Positions 13,256-25,518 of a DNA stretch of 64,000 nucleotides are shown here, one piece after another; the first letter of the stretch is position 1; the number at the start of each line of letters is the position of its first letter. Under the pieces are notes generated by a model. The model did not search any database, had not been told where the DNA came from, and saw only the letters and a list, made by a program, of their open reading frames with translations. Both the position numbers and the translations under genes were made by a program. The stretch is taken from positions 19,594,001 to 19,658,000 of the forward strand of contig NW_024704743.1 of assembly GCF_018977255.1 (NCBI RefSeq), in the 5' to 3' direction. This DNA comes from Callorhinchus milii (Eukaryota).

Positions 13256-13532
13256 AGAATAATAATCCTTGTATTTGATATAGTGCTTTTATCACGTCGT
13301 TGAGACGTCACAAAGCTCTTCGCAGAATATAATATATTTTATGGGTGAAACACAGCAGCCAATTGTGCATAGCAGTGTCTCACAAACAGTTATGGATTGA
13401 GTGACAAAATTATTATTGATTAATTTTTTTGAAGGGATTATTACCACCGGAAAGAGACACGCCAATCAACTAACAACTGGGTTCCTACTTAATGCTAGCT
13501 AAACAGAGGCATGTGGAGTTAAGGAAACTTGC
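13256..13532 (-). mobile_element. tRNA-Ala/CORE-like SINE, long form, 5'-truncated
   Basis: Same tail and internal block as the 11432 copy, ending at aaggaaacttgc. Confidence 0.8.
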
Positions 13533-14329
13533 AATGAACTTGCTTACAGCTGTGAATGGGTATCTGAGCAATCACTCCCGAAAATAGTTACCAACAGATA
13601 TCTGAAGATAGGTCGCTGACCTTAATTCTGACTTACAATTACATGAGACTAAGAACATTTTATACTTTACTGAGTTCAGTACTTCTTCCTGTTTTGCACA
13701 AGCATCTCCTTGAAATGTGGCCTGTGATAATGTGAATATTTCACAATTGTGGGCTTTGTAGTAAAAGTCAAATCATGATCTATCAAGGGTCACACATAGT
13801 ATTTTCCTGGCGAACAAGAAATGCAGTGCAAGTTTTCAATTCGCCTATTCCCAGATGCTTTAGATGATTTACTGTTCATATTCACTTATCTGCAAGGCAA
13901 AAGTAATGTTAGGCTTTCAACAAGGCAGACTTTCCTTTGAGACATTCAACAGTAACAACTTGTATTTGGACGGACATATTTCACATAACAGAGAGTGTCC
14001 AAGGGCTTGACAAATGTATTGGTGTGCCCCAGCAGGAAAATAAGAGATTCAGAAATGTTAACCTAAGGCATTGAGGTAGAAAGGCAAAGTCAAAAGGCAA
14101 AGAAGTGTTCCAGGTTACAAGCAATTGCTAAGCTGAAGGCTGGGCCACCAATAGTGGAGTGAAGGAAGTGGAAAAGGATCAAGTTGCAACATGCGACAAT
14201 ATGAGCTGGAATTTAGGGCTAGAGGCACCTGAAGATCAGGAGAAGAATTTTGAATTCCAACAGTTGAGGAAGTCAATGGAGCTTGGCAAATGTGACGTAA
14301 TGGGTGTGCAGCGCTTTGTGCAAGAAAGC

Positions 14330-14490
14330 AGTGCTCAGGTCAAGCTGTATCTGGAGTACTGCACACAGTTGCGGTCACTGCAACATAGTGAGGATATGTA
14401 ACCCTAGAAGCAGTGCAGAGGAGAGCAAAGAGGATAAACCCCAGTGTTAGAAAAATGAGCTAGGAGCAAAGACAAGACAGGGCTCTTAAT
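14330..14490 (+). mobile_element. CR1 RT C-terminal fragment
   Basis: LEYCTQLRSLQHSEDM then ctagaagcagtgcagaggagagcaaagagg, resembling CR1 LEYC.QFWSP....D...LE.VQRRATR. Confidence 0.6.
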
Positions 14491-14544
14491 TAGCTACTTT
14501 AGGCTAAACTTGTAGTGGCTAAATGCTATGTAATGGCACTTTTG

Positions 14545-14977
14545 TGTATATAACAAGAACAAGAGTGCCTTTCACGTCGGGAGGATGTCCCAAGGCGCTG
14601 GACAGTTGGGTCGGGACGGGTGGTAAGAAAATAACTTGCATTTATATAGTGCTCTTAACGCAGGAGAGTGTCTTGGAGTGCTGTACAGTGGCAGGGTTGG
14701 ACTCCCAAGCAACAACAACAACAAGATTACATTTGTATAGCGCCTTTCACGTCGGGAACACGTCCCAAGGCGCTGCAAAGGAGAAGGGGGAGGGGACTAG
14801 AGGGTGGGTCGAAGAGGTAGGTCTTCAGGTGGGGATTAAAATCAGGTAGAGAGGGCGTGAGGAAAGGAATCGAATTAGGCAGTTCCAGAGATTAGGGATG
14901 TACTGGTGGCCCGGAGGGGTCAGGAACAGAACAGCAGGTTAGCTGAGTGAAAGGAACTGTCAGAGGAATGGGTTATG
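14545..14977 (-). mobile_element. Three stacked L2-type 3' ends; the last continues past the TIR element at about 15457
   Basis: Tail units at about 14552, 14630 and 14711, the last with (CAA)n. Confidence 0.7.
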
Positions 14978-14981
14978 TATG

Positions 14982-15452
14982 ACCTGTGCCAATAGAAAAG
15001 CATGGCCACGCTTTTTCTGCGGAATCTGCTACAAATGCCCTCCTCTGCTACAAACCTGTGCACACAGTCTGCTGGGCCCAAGACCTCTCGCGCTGTTTGC
15101 TCGACGCTGCTACTGTGGGCGGAGCAGCTCGGGTAGCGCATGCACGGCGTGGGGAGTTGGGATCGCGGAAGGGACCCGAGCGAGAAATTGGTCTAAACAA
15201 TAATGGCAAATTATTTGTAAGTGCTGTACTGTTCAAGTTAACATTTTTAGTATTTTAAACATAAGTACATGTTCAGGAAATATATGCCTAGAGTTTTAAT
15301 CTGGGTTGTTTCACAAAATGCCTTTCTCAACAGCACCAACCAACCGCAATTCCCTGCAAAATTTACCAAACGCCTCCGCATTTTCCTGCAAAATTTGACA
15401 AGTGCCTCGCAATTTTTGGCAAATATTTCCGCACTTTTCTATTGGCTCAGGT
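14982..15452. mobile_element. Non-autonomous TIR DNA transposon, 471 bp, superfamily unassigned
   Basis: Left end acctgtgccaatagaaaag versus reverse complement of right end acctgagccaatagaaaag (18/19). Flanked by the direct repeat TATG (14978-14981, 15453-15456). About 32-bp subterminal tandem repeats at 15344-15432. Confidence 0.8.
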
Positions 15453-16038
15453 TATGAGTAGGTCAGAGAGATGGGAATTGCTCAGTCATGAAGGAATTTG
15501 TTTGGAAGGATCTTGAAATTGATCCAATGCAGACTTTATAAAATGTGTCTGCTTGATCTAATGATATATGCTCTGGGAATGTTTGTGTATTTTACATCCA
15601 GGGTGTATGAATTAAGCAAAGATAACCCTGCGATAATGCAGTCATTGCAATTCTCAATCCAAAATTCGGGTGTGTTAGAAAATTTCTTTATTCTTAACTC
15701 AGAGCACTCCAATCCATTAACCATAACCACACCGATTTGTTTCGCTCCCAGTGTCTTTTTGTACTTCCTGTCTTTAATAATAATTTTTGCATTTGGTGTA
15801 GCGCCTTATCAGGTCAGAAGGATGTCTCAAAGCACTTTACAGGATTTATTGTGAAGTTACGTGACTGTATTTGCCAGCAAATGTATTTGTCGACAATTGC
15901 GCACAGCAATATCTCACAAGCAGCCATTGAGCCATTATCGCATTGGCTCTTCTTAATTGCCTTTTACTTTTTAAAGGGATAACCTACAGTCACCTGAATC
16001 CAATGTCATAGGCCTTGCATTACAACAAAGCACAGAAA

Positions 16039-16336
16039 AATGGCTGACTTCCAGGACACATTTCACATCACTTCATGCGAGATTCTGCACCTGCCCTGGC
16101 TTCCCTCTCTGAAAATGCCTGGATTCCATGTTGTCAGATTGACGTCACTCCTGTGCATCGTGTGTGTATGCCTTGTGCAAGAAAAGCGACTGAAAAGCTT
16201 TCTCAAAGTGACATCAGTGACAAGTCCTTCACATAATGTTCATATGCAATGTACAGGAAGTGATGTGAGTGGCACCTCCTCCACGCAACACACAGAAAAT
16301 GACATCTGTGATCCGACAACCTGGAAGTCAGCCATT
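16039..16336. mobile_element. Palindromic MITE-like element
   Basis: Perfect 17-bp inverted repeat aatggctgacttccagg (16039-16055) / cctggaagtcagccatt (16320-16336), plus an inner imperfect IR gacgtcactcctgtgcat / atgtacaggaagtgatgt. Confidence 0.7.
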
Positions 16337-18433
16337 GTTTAGCATGAGGGAAGTTGACCGCTTAGGGAGTCAAATGTAAATCCACAGGGATTATAAGCGG
16401 AACGGTTTTGTAAGGGGAGCCTTATCAGACAAGATCTTACAATTGTTCTGGTTCGGTCCATACGTTCTCAACGCTCCAGGACACCCACCTCGCTATTTTA
16501 TAACATGGTTTTCCCTGCAGTTTCCTGCTAGTTGCACAGTTGCTGTTACAGTTGTTATGAAGTGGAATACTCCATCTCCCAGGCATGTACCCCAGCTGCC
16601 TCTCACTGTGACACTTCCCTACGGCAAAATGTTTTGGCTGCTGATGTATTTCACATTTTTGTGGTTTGTAAAAAAAACTCAACTTTATGCAGGGTCTCTG
16701 CCTCCAGTGTTTGTTTTGAACCAGAACATCTTGAACTTGCAAACAGTATTTTTGCAAATTGTGTCTGCTGGATACAATAATGTTTATGTATTTTACACAC
16801 TTAAGCACAAACTTGGCTGAGGTGGGCAACGAAAATCCACAAGACCTGTGTTAGTGTCTCACTGAAACAAACCTTCCTCTCCCTGCCTTTTTCTGTTCAA
16901 TTTAGCCACCCACACAATGACATTGGTTAAACTTAAAATACTGTTTGAGTTTGTTAAATTGTGTGAATAAAGGGTTTTCACTCCTACTTATGAGCGATCG
17001 CAAAAGAGTTTCAAGTGAAGAAAACCTTCATGCCATTTGATTTCATTCCTTCACAATACCTATCCAATTATCTTCTACATCACAGCCTCATGCTGTTAGT
17101 TTAAATAATTCCAGTGTTCTGACCTCTATTATGCTTTCTGATAACCCTTTCCAGTTATTAATTACCTTCTCTTTAAAGAGATGCTTCCTGGTTTATATTC
17201 CCAAATCAACCTTCAGAAACCTGAACCTGCGCCCTCTTACCCTGTTGCCTTGGGTATCTGAAACTATTATTCTGGGTTTACTTTTACAATCCCATTTACC
17301 ACTTTATATACCTTTTAAGGTCTCCTTTGAGGTGTTTCATTTCGAGAAATAATGAGGAGCTCTAGCTTAGCTAACCGTTCCTCACAGCTCTTCCCATTAA
17401 CACTGGGGATCATTCTCAGTGTTGTACCATTGGCTGTCAGGCCTTTGTAACAACCAGTGTAATTGACAGGATCGGCACACAAAGGTCTGCTAATTCTTTT
17501 TTAAATGTAGTCATCTTTAGCCATGAAGATTCTTAAATAGCACACAGTGGTAGATCAAAAACCCTTATTATTGGAAAATAATTAAATCCGCATGCGGAGG
17601 CACCGACTTTATTTAGAATTTCAAACATAAAACTGTTTCAATGAGGTTTTGGTAAAGACCACAGAATACTAAACTTTGAATGAAATTGGCATTTTACTCA
17701 TTCATGTTGCTGTGTAACGTGACTGTTTCTTTCATCTTCACATATTCTTAAAACAAAACCGCAAGGTTTTGCAGTCAGTAGTATTGTTTGACTAAATGGG
17801 TAATTTGTTTTTATATACTGAGATAGCAACATTTAAAAATGAGAGGATTACATTTTATTTTGTTATAACTTATAGCTTAGCTTCTTGTACACTTGCTGGA
17901 AAGTATTTTCTAAGTATTACTCCCTTCCTGAGGTATTTCTTAGTTTGCAAAGTGTAATGACTAATGGGTTGTTATGAAACCAGTTGCTTTTCCCACCACA
18001 GCGTTCATTCAGCATGAATTCATATGTGTAGTGAACTTGGCATAATAAGCAGCCAGCTGTCTTAAAGGAAAAATGCTGGTGTGAAATGATTCTTCTCGCA
18101 TGCAATTGTGAGTGTTGTACCTCCGGCTATTTAACCCAGGGTGTAGACTGACTGGCTGCTGGGGTGGGAGGTGAGTATATTGCTACACAGTTAATACCAG
18201 TCGGAATTTTTAATGCTCAGAATACCACACCTTCTAAATCAGAGGTGAGCAATTACATTGAGGTGGAGCACACAGACTAAATGGAAGTTTCATGTTACAG
18301 CAAGATCACAAGTGGCCTTTAAGACGATATGAATAATAGGAAGCTTTTACCCTAATGACACAGGGGGAAATAGTGTAGAGGTCGAGCTGCATAGACCTAG
18401 AAGATATGCAACTGTCTCAATGTCCTCATGGGA

Positions 18434-19549
18434 ATAATAATAACAATAATAATTCTTACATTTAAAGTAGTGGCCTTCACATCAGGAGGACATCTCAAAG
18501 CATTTTACAGGAAAGCTTGTAAAGTGTAGTGACTGTGCATTTTGTAGACACATGCGACAGCTAATTTGCTCCCAGCAATCTTCCACATAACAGCCATAAA
18601 CAACAACAACAAATTACACTTGTATAGCACCCTTCATGTCAGAAAGACGTCCAAGGGCGCTAGACAATCAGGGGTTTGGGACCGGAGTTGGGGTCAGGAG
18701 GGGTGGAGGGCAGAGAGGTGGGAGGGTGGCCAAAGTCACGGTCAAAGGGGAAGGTCTTTAGACGGGACTTGAAACAGGCAAGAGAGGGGGTGAAGCAGAG
18801 GGATTACATGATAGGACTCCAAAGTGTAGGGGCAGCCATGCTGAATGCCCAACCGCCAATGGTGGGGCTGTAAGTGCGGGGAGCTGGAGCAGGCCAGTGT
18901 CCTCTGAGCGGACAAGCTGATATGGGGTTAGGAGGTTGGAGAGGTAGGGGGTAGTGAGACCATGGAGGGCTTTGAAGGTGAGAACAAGGGTTTTGTACTC
19001 AATTCTCTGAAGGATGGGAAGCCAGTGGAGCCGGGTGATGGTGGGGGTGTTGGGGTCACGGAGCCTGGTGCAGGGGAGGACATGAGCTGCAGAGTTCTGA
19101 ATAATCTGCAGCTTGTGGAGGTAAGAGTTGGGAAATACAGCAAGCGTGCTGTTGGCGTAGTCAAGGTGGGACATGATGAAAGTATGGATAAGGGTTTTGG
19201 TGGCCTGCGGTGAGAGGCAGTGGCAGAGGGGGGCAATGTTGCGGAGGTGGGGAAAGGCGGAACGGGTCACAGCATGAATGTGGGGTTTGAAAGATAGCTG
19301 AAATATAACTATAAAGTAAATGACCAATTTTATTTGGGAGATTGTTGGCTAGGACAGCAGGAGAAACTCCCTTATCTTTTTGAATAGTGCCACGGATCTT
19401 TGGTGTCCACTTGAATCAACAGAGAGGGACCTCTGTTTAATGGCTCATCTGAAAGAGGACAACTCCAACAATGCAGCACACCAGCAAGTACCCACATGGG
19501 GCTTGAACCCACAAACTTCTGACTCTGAGGTGAGAGAGTCAGGCTGACA
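18434..19549 (-). mobile_element. Deu-domain SINE (SacSINE1-like), split by an L2 insertion
   Basis: Tail at 18434-18600. Body resumes at about 19311 with the reverse Deu block (tagtgccacggatctt..gtccac..tttaa..ctcatctgaaag) and tRNA head (cttgaacccacaaacttctgactctgagg). Confidence 0.8.
18601..19310 (-). mobile_element. L2 LINE, 5'-truncated, relatively young
   Basis: ORF 18758..19327: HLRNIA...LIHTFIMSHLDYANS...LQIIQNSAA...LHWLPILQRIEYK...FKALHGL, the typical L2 ORF2 C-terminus. (CAA)n tail. Confidence 0.9.
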
Positions 19550-20179
19550 TACAAACATAGGGAAATAAGGGAAATATTGCCATTGTCCAGTGAGCGAAAA
19601 CAAACATTGCCTGTCAGAGTTCAGACCAAGATTTGGTAATACTACGCACTTGTTGAATAGTTGTTATGACAGATTACTGATCATAAGGCTCTAAAGGGCC
19701 ATGCTCTTTGGAGATACGTAAACCACTTTGCCAAGTGAGTATCTGATTCTCTGATGGTCAGTAAATGTGCTGACCTTGACACTGGGATTTGCACTGTATG
19801 TGCTCCCATACAGTAAATGTGCTTATGAGGAGAGGAATCGTCACAAAGGTGCTTCAAGAAATCTCTGACCTGCAGGTTTTAATCAATCCATTGTCAAGAT
19901 TACATTTTAGTTAGCTGAGTGATCAATCGTGACACAGACGTCTCCTTAGGCCGATCACATCTTTTTTGCTATTTCTTTCCTTTTGAGAAAATGTTGTCCT
20001 TCATCAATGCTGTATCGAGTCAGTCACTTGGTAAAACGATGGGAGCTTGAACTATATGATCAGCAAGCAGCCAATGCACTGAGATGCTGCTCAGATTGCC
20101 CAGCTGGAAACACTGCTCCCTTTAAATATGACCAATATCCTCAATGTTGTTGACTATATTCCTTCTCAGTTCAATCAGA

Positions 20180-20500
20180 AAATCATAGAAGCTAAAACGA
20201 AGGAAAATATTCGGCCCATCAAGCCTATGCTGTTTCCAGACCATCCACTGCAGCTATACACTCCAACTATAATCTTTTTTTATCCTTTGCCCTTTCAAAA
20301 TGTTCCTCTGCAAATATATGTCCAATTCCCTTCTGTGTATTTCTGTGATCTTGGCTTTAATAGCCACTGTGGCAAAAGCTATCCTTGTTCTAATAACCCT
20401 CCTCCTCAATTTTTCTGGTGATAATTTTAAGTGTTTATACCCCTTAACCCTTATGTCCACTTGCGATCGATTTATCAAGCCCAAGTTATCCTCTCAAATG
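20180..20500 (-). mobile_element. CR1 3' fragment, decayed
   Basis: aatcatagaa...attcggcccatcaagcctatgct reverse tail, followed by antisense ORF2-end-like sequence. Confidence 0.55.
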
Positions 20501-21185
20501 AAATGAAAACTGATCAGCAAAGCAGTGAAGGTAGGGCTTTTGGATCTCACTTCACTGCCCTTGAAAACTCACCATTCCATGTTAAATATTTCAGAGCAGT
20601 CTGACTTCACCTCGTTGGTAAAGGAGGATGAATATCAGACTGGCTTTATTTTGGCTGTACCTCAAATACAGGTCAAAGTATGTGGCCACTTGCACTTCTG
20701 AGGCACACACTGGATGTTCCTTTGAAACAACATTACACTTTTCTGTCAAACGTCAGTCCAAAATAAACATGTTCTTTCTCTCTGACAAATCTTACAAGTA
20801 TTTTTCAAACAAAAATTATAAAATAACATACCTTGAGGTTACTACTTGTCAAGAAATATATCATTTGGTGGGAAGAAATTAAGTTTTAAATTGTTCTGAT
20901 TTTCTTTCTGAATTATTGGTTGAAGACATCCTACTGGTTTATTCTTCTATCCCCTGAAAAATACGGTTCAATGCGCTCCAAAACTAATCGAAAAGCTTTG
21001 GGTTTTTTTTTTTGTGGAGATATTTGATTGAATTCTCTGAAGCATAATGCTAACCATGCAGCAATGTGGCCAGCTAAGACTATCTTCCCCAATAGGGCTT
21101 TGGTTGTCAGGATTGAGATGTCTACATCTACAAGCATGTGAGGTGCTCCATTGTTTTTCCATCATGTATCTATTAAATATCATGT

Positions 21186-21553
21186 ATCACTTCAAATCCC
21201 TTCATGCCCTGGCACCTCTCTACCTCTCCAACCTGCTTACTCCCTAACACACTATCCGTTGCCTCCGCTCGAATAACTCCAGCCTCCCGCATGTCCCTTA
21301 TGAGCTCTGTTGCACTATCGATGGCCGCGCTTTCAGCCGCTACAGCCCAAAACTTGGGAACACTCTCCCTCAATCACTGTGGCTAGCCCCCTCCTTCCCC
21401 ATCTACAGGTCACGCCTGAAGACCTTCTTCTTCGACTGTGCTTACGGTCATTTCCCCCTCCTCCACTCAACGACGTGCTCTGCCATCACCAAGCACTCTG
21501 GGAAGCTACCCTGCATAAGGGGTGCCACATAAATGCAAGTTGTTGTTGTTGTT
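21186..21553 (+). mobile_element. L2 LINE 3' fragment with (TGT)n tail
   Basis: FKSLHALAPLYLSNLLTP, LKT-like end, and tail taaatgcaagttgttgttgttgtt. Confidence 0.85.
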
Positions 21554-24500
21554 ATCTAATCAAAGCAAGTTAAAAGTGATCACAGATCACAAATACCTGG
21601 TCTCTATAGGTGGAAACAATAAATGAAAAAATTGAGCATCACAACAGAGATTCAGATAAAAAAGGCCATTTTGATTCATTGATCTCATCCTTCCAGAATA
21701 CCCAGCGTCAGTCTGTTTTTAAACCTAGTCACAATACCCGTCCTGTTAGCAAGCCTGATATTTTCTATCAGGTGGAACATATTGTCAAATCTTTTTGATT
21801 AATACATTATCGCCTTTCTACCTAATAATAAAATAACAATCAGTTGTTTTATCAGACTTTTTTTAAATGAAAGTTGAAATGTATAGTTTTGCAGATACAC
21901 CAAACTATGCAATTACTTGAAAATAAAACGAATTATCAAACTGAACCAAAAATTATCATCAATGTCTCTTTGATTTTACAGCCATCTACTGGGATTAGTT
22001 TGCTGTGCATTCCCCTTAGCTTTCTTCAATCTGCACTGAGTTTGTTGAAGCTAGTTCCAGAGCCCATATCAGCTGTTTGACCTCCATACATTTTAAGTTC
22101 CTTACATATCAATCTTTTAGCCAGACATGGTATCTTCTCATAACATGATTAATGTGGTCCTTCAGAACACGCGGCAGAACCTTTAGAGAGTAAATTATAC
22201 ACTCCTGTGCTTCTGTGTGTCTCCTCATACTGTCATTAGCATTGGTTGACATTTGAACTGTTTGCAACAGGATCGCTATTCAAAGCCACACTAGCTAATA
22301 GAACAAACAATTAAAAGTCTTGTTCATTACATAACTCTACATCAACATCTTTTGCCTGGCAGCTTTAACAGCTAACAATCAAATCAATTCCTAAGTGCTA
22401 TTTAGAGAATAATTGCTTGTTCTTAATGCCAGAATTGTGTAACCAGATATATAATTGTAATCACATTCAAATTGTTTTTCATCAATATTCGTTCTTTTTC
22501 ACTGAAATTTGTCCCAATATTCTGCAGCTCAGCATAGCCCAGTAGTTTGGATCATATTGCATGGCCCGCCTATTGATCACCCAGTGGGCAATCTTGCTAC
22601 ATTATAGTTCAGTTTCAGAATGGAGCAACGTCAAATGGACAATCCCGTTTTGCAGTCTTGGTCCTTCTCATTTGCACAACGATGTACCAGAAACATAGAC
22701 ACTGATCTCACGCAAGCCCTGGAATTCTGGCTGGGATTCTGCACCTAGACCATTTTTTGGTCAACCAGATTAGCCAAAGATTCTCCACACAATCAAATAA
22801 TAATAATAATAATCCTTGGATTTGATTTAACGTCTTATTACGTCTTTGAGACATCTCAAAGCGCTTCACAGAATATACTGTAAAGTGAATTGACTGTATA
22901 TTTTGTGGGCAAAATGATTAAAATTGTTTTTTTTCTCAGTTACCTACTAATATCCTTTCATGATCATAACAAGTTGCTACAGAGATATTTTGGATCATGA
23001 AATGGAATTAGAATGGAGGTGGGTGGGGGGGGGGTTGAGGATGTTGATCCAAGATACTGTCAAGCACTCCAAGATGCTGCCCCGCATGAAGGGAGCCAGT
23101 AAATACAAGTTAGTGTCATCATCAAATAAATGGATTTTCAGGAGGGCTTTTAAGGCTAGGAAGAGAAGACCCAATGTGAAGGGAGATTGCGGAAGTTTCA
23201 GAGAGCAGGGTCACAGTGGCTGAGAGCTCAACCACCAATGGTGGGACAGAGGAGGTAAGCAAGCCAGAACTGGATGAGTGAAGGATGTATGGGCAGGAAA
23301 GTATAGCTGGAGGTGGGATGAGAGATGGAACCACATCCAGCAAGAATCGTGGCTCCAGCAGGAGAAAGGAGAAAACAAACGACTAAATTAAAATATATAT
23401 TTTTTAAAACTCCACAAATTATCCCAACTGTAGTATTTTCTGGTATTTTTGTCTCAGTCAATTATTGACGTCATTTGACAATATTGGCACTTTAGTGGAT
23501 TTTGTTTTCTTAGAGTTATCCGAATATCAAGTAGCTTCCTTAGACTTTTCCCTAAGTCGGATATGTGTTGCTGTTATTGCAATTAAAGTGAACTGACTCT
23601 GACCTGTCTAAGACAATTCCCAGAATCTGCCTTTGATAATAAAATGTGCCTCCCATGCAGTGTTTTGGCTTCTCTTTGTTACTTGGGAATGCCTTTGTTG
23701 CTCAGCCACTTCTCACGTCTGATCGATGGTCACTTTTGAAAAAATGGTGCTGACAAGCTCAGTCTAAAGCCTTATTGTTGTAACTTGAGCTGAATACCAG
23801 CCGTAAATAGTGAACAAGAAAATGGTGAGATTGCAGGATTGCTCAGAAGGTGCTAATGCAGTGAAACTGAAAAGAAAACCACTGAATCAAATGGAATGTT
23901 AAAACTGTGGAAAAAATCTTTAACGATTGCATTGAAAGCTAACTCCTCTGAAATTCTTTCAGGCTTAGATTTTGTTTGTCTGCAAAACACACAGTCACTA
24001 TACTTCATAATAAATCCTGTGAAGCGCTTTTGAGACCTCCCGGCATGAAAAGCAAGATATAAAATGTTCATATTATTATTAATCCAGCCTCATTGTTGAT
24101 GATTTTTTTTGACCATAAGACTGATATCAAGGGGTAACTAATATCAAGGGGTCAGTAGAGCTTTGTGCAACATATCCATGACCTATGTACAGGCACAATG
24201 TGCAATATTAGACCCAAATTTCCACCCATCGTATAGCGTGCCATTGAGACCACTGTTTTGCAGGCTTCCTGCTCGTTGTCCAGATAGGTTAACAGGAGCT
24301 GAACGGGACGAATCCTTGTCCCACTGACTGTTCTGCCCACTGATGAGCCACATTGGCTGATCTGTCATCATCAGAGCCTTGAATTATTGCAGAGCCGCCT
24401 GGCTCAGGCACCGTACTTTTGAGACTGCTGCATTCTGTTGACGAGCATGTCACCTTGAAGCCAGTTCTGCTCCAAGGAAACTCCGCTTACCTCCCACAAG

Positions 24501-25210
24501 ACTCATGATGCATTCATTTGGCATCCGAAAAGCACTGGTTTGAGCCTTCGCTCAGTGGATATCAGGTACCAGAAACTCCCTGTGAGCTTCCCGGTGAGCA
24601 TACAGCTCAGCGAATGTGTGAGAGATGTGTGAGAGATTTGCTGCCATCTTCCCTATTGTGGTACTTCTTGGACATAATGACACCAGCAATGCTTCCTGTG
24701 CATGCGATAACGTTCAGGAAGTTACATCATTGGTGAGCTGTTGACATGGAAAGCAAACATTTTTGTGCTTTGTTTTAGTGCCGAGGTCTGAGGTAATGGA
24801 CCCAGACCACCGCATTATAACTGGGTCACCCTGTACATTCGAATCAGTGTCAAGAGTGTCTCCGACTGTCCGTCTTTCTCTGGATACCAGGAGGAAGTGT
24901 GCAAATACTTCAACCCTTTGAAATCCAACCAGTGCAGGATCAAAACACGGTTGTCAGTGGGTTGACTTTTAAGTCAGCACATCACTGTCCTGGTGACCAG
25001 GACGCAAGCTGTGAGAACAAAGGCTGCCTCCAGCTTCAGTCAAGGTACCTGTTTACATCTCTGAATGGCATCAAAGGCACAGCCAGAGGGATGAATTGCA
25101 TACCAATGGATAGCTCTCTGGGGAGGATAGAACAGGAACAGGAAGGCTCCCATATCTCGTACACAAACTTAGCATAATAAATACCTTGTGTAGGAAAAAT
25201 TGATTATTAT

Positions 25211-25518
25211 GGAGTCCTGTAGCTCAGTGGTTAGAGCACTCGCCTCGCAAGCGAGAGACCTGGGTTCGATTCCCGGCAGGGCGAAACCTTGGGCAAGTTT
25301 CCTTATTCCACGTGCCTGATAATAACCCTTCAAAAAAATAATAAAATTGGTCACTTCAATCCACGGCTATTTGTGGGACACTGCTGTGCGCAATGGCAGC
25401 CACGTTTCGCCCACAAATATACAGTCAATTCACCTTACAGTCTATTCTGTGAAGCGCTTTGAGACGTCTAGAAGACGTGAAAAGCGCTATATAAAATGCA
25501 AGAATTATTATTATTATT
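25211..25518 (+). mobile_element. tRNA-Ala/CORE-like SINE, short form, full length
   Basis: A box (tagctcagtggt) and B box (ggttcgattcc), then ccttgggcaagtttcc, L2-type stem-loop and (TTA)n tail. Confidence 0.92.

Noticed and set aside
25211..25284. tRNA-Ala gene calls (also at 6735, 35005, 55285, 59992)
   Set aside because: Each head runs into a SINE body and tail or is a decayed copy of the same head. There is no pol III terminator after the cloverleaf and the 1-72 pair is mismatched.
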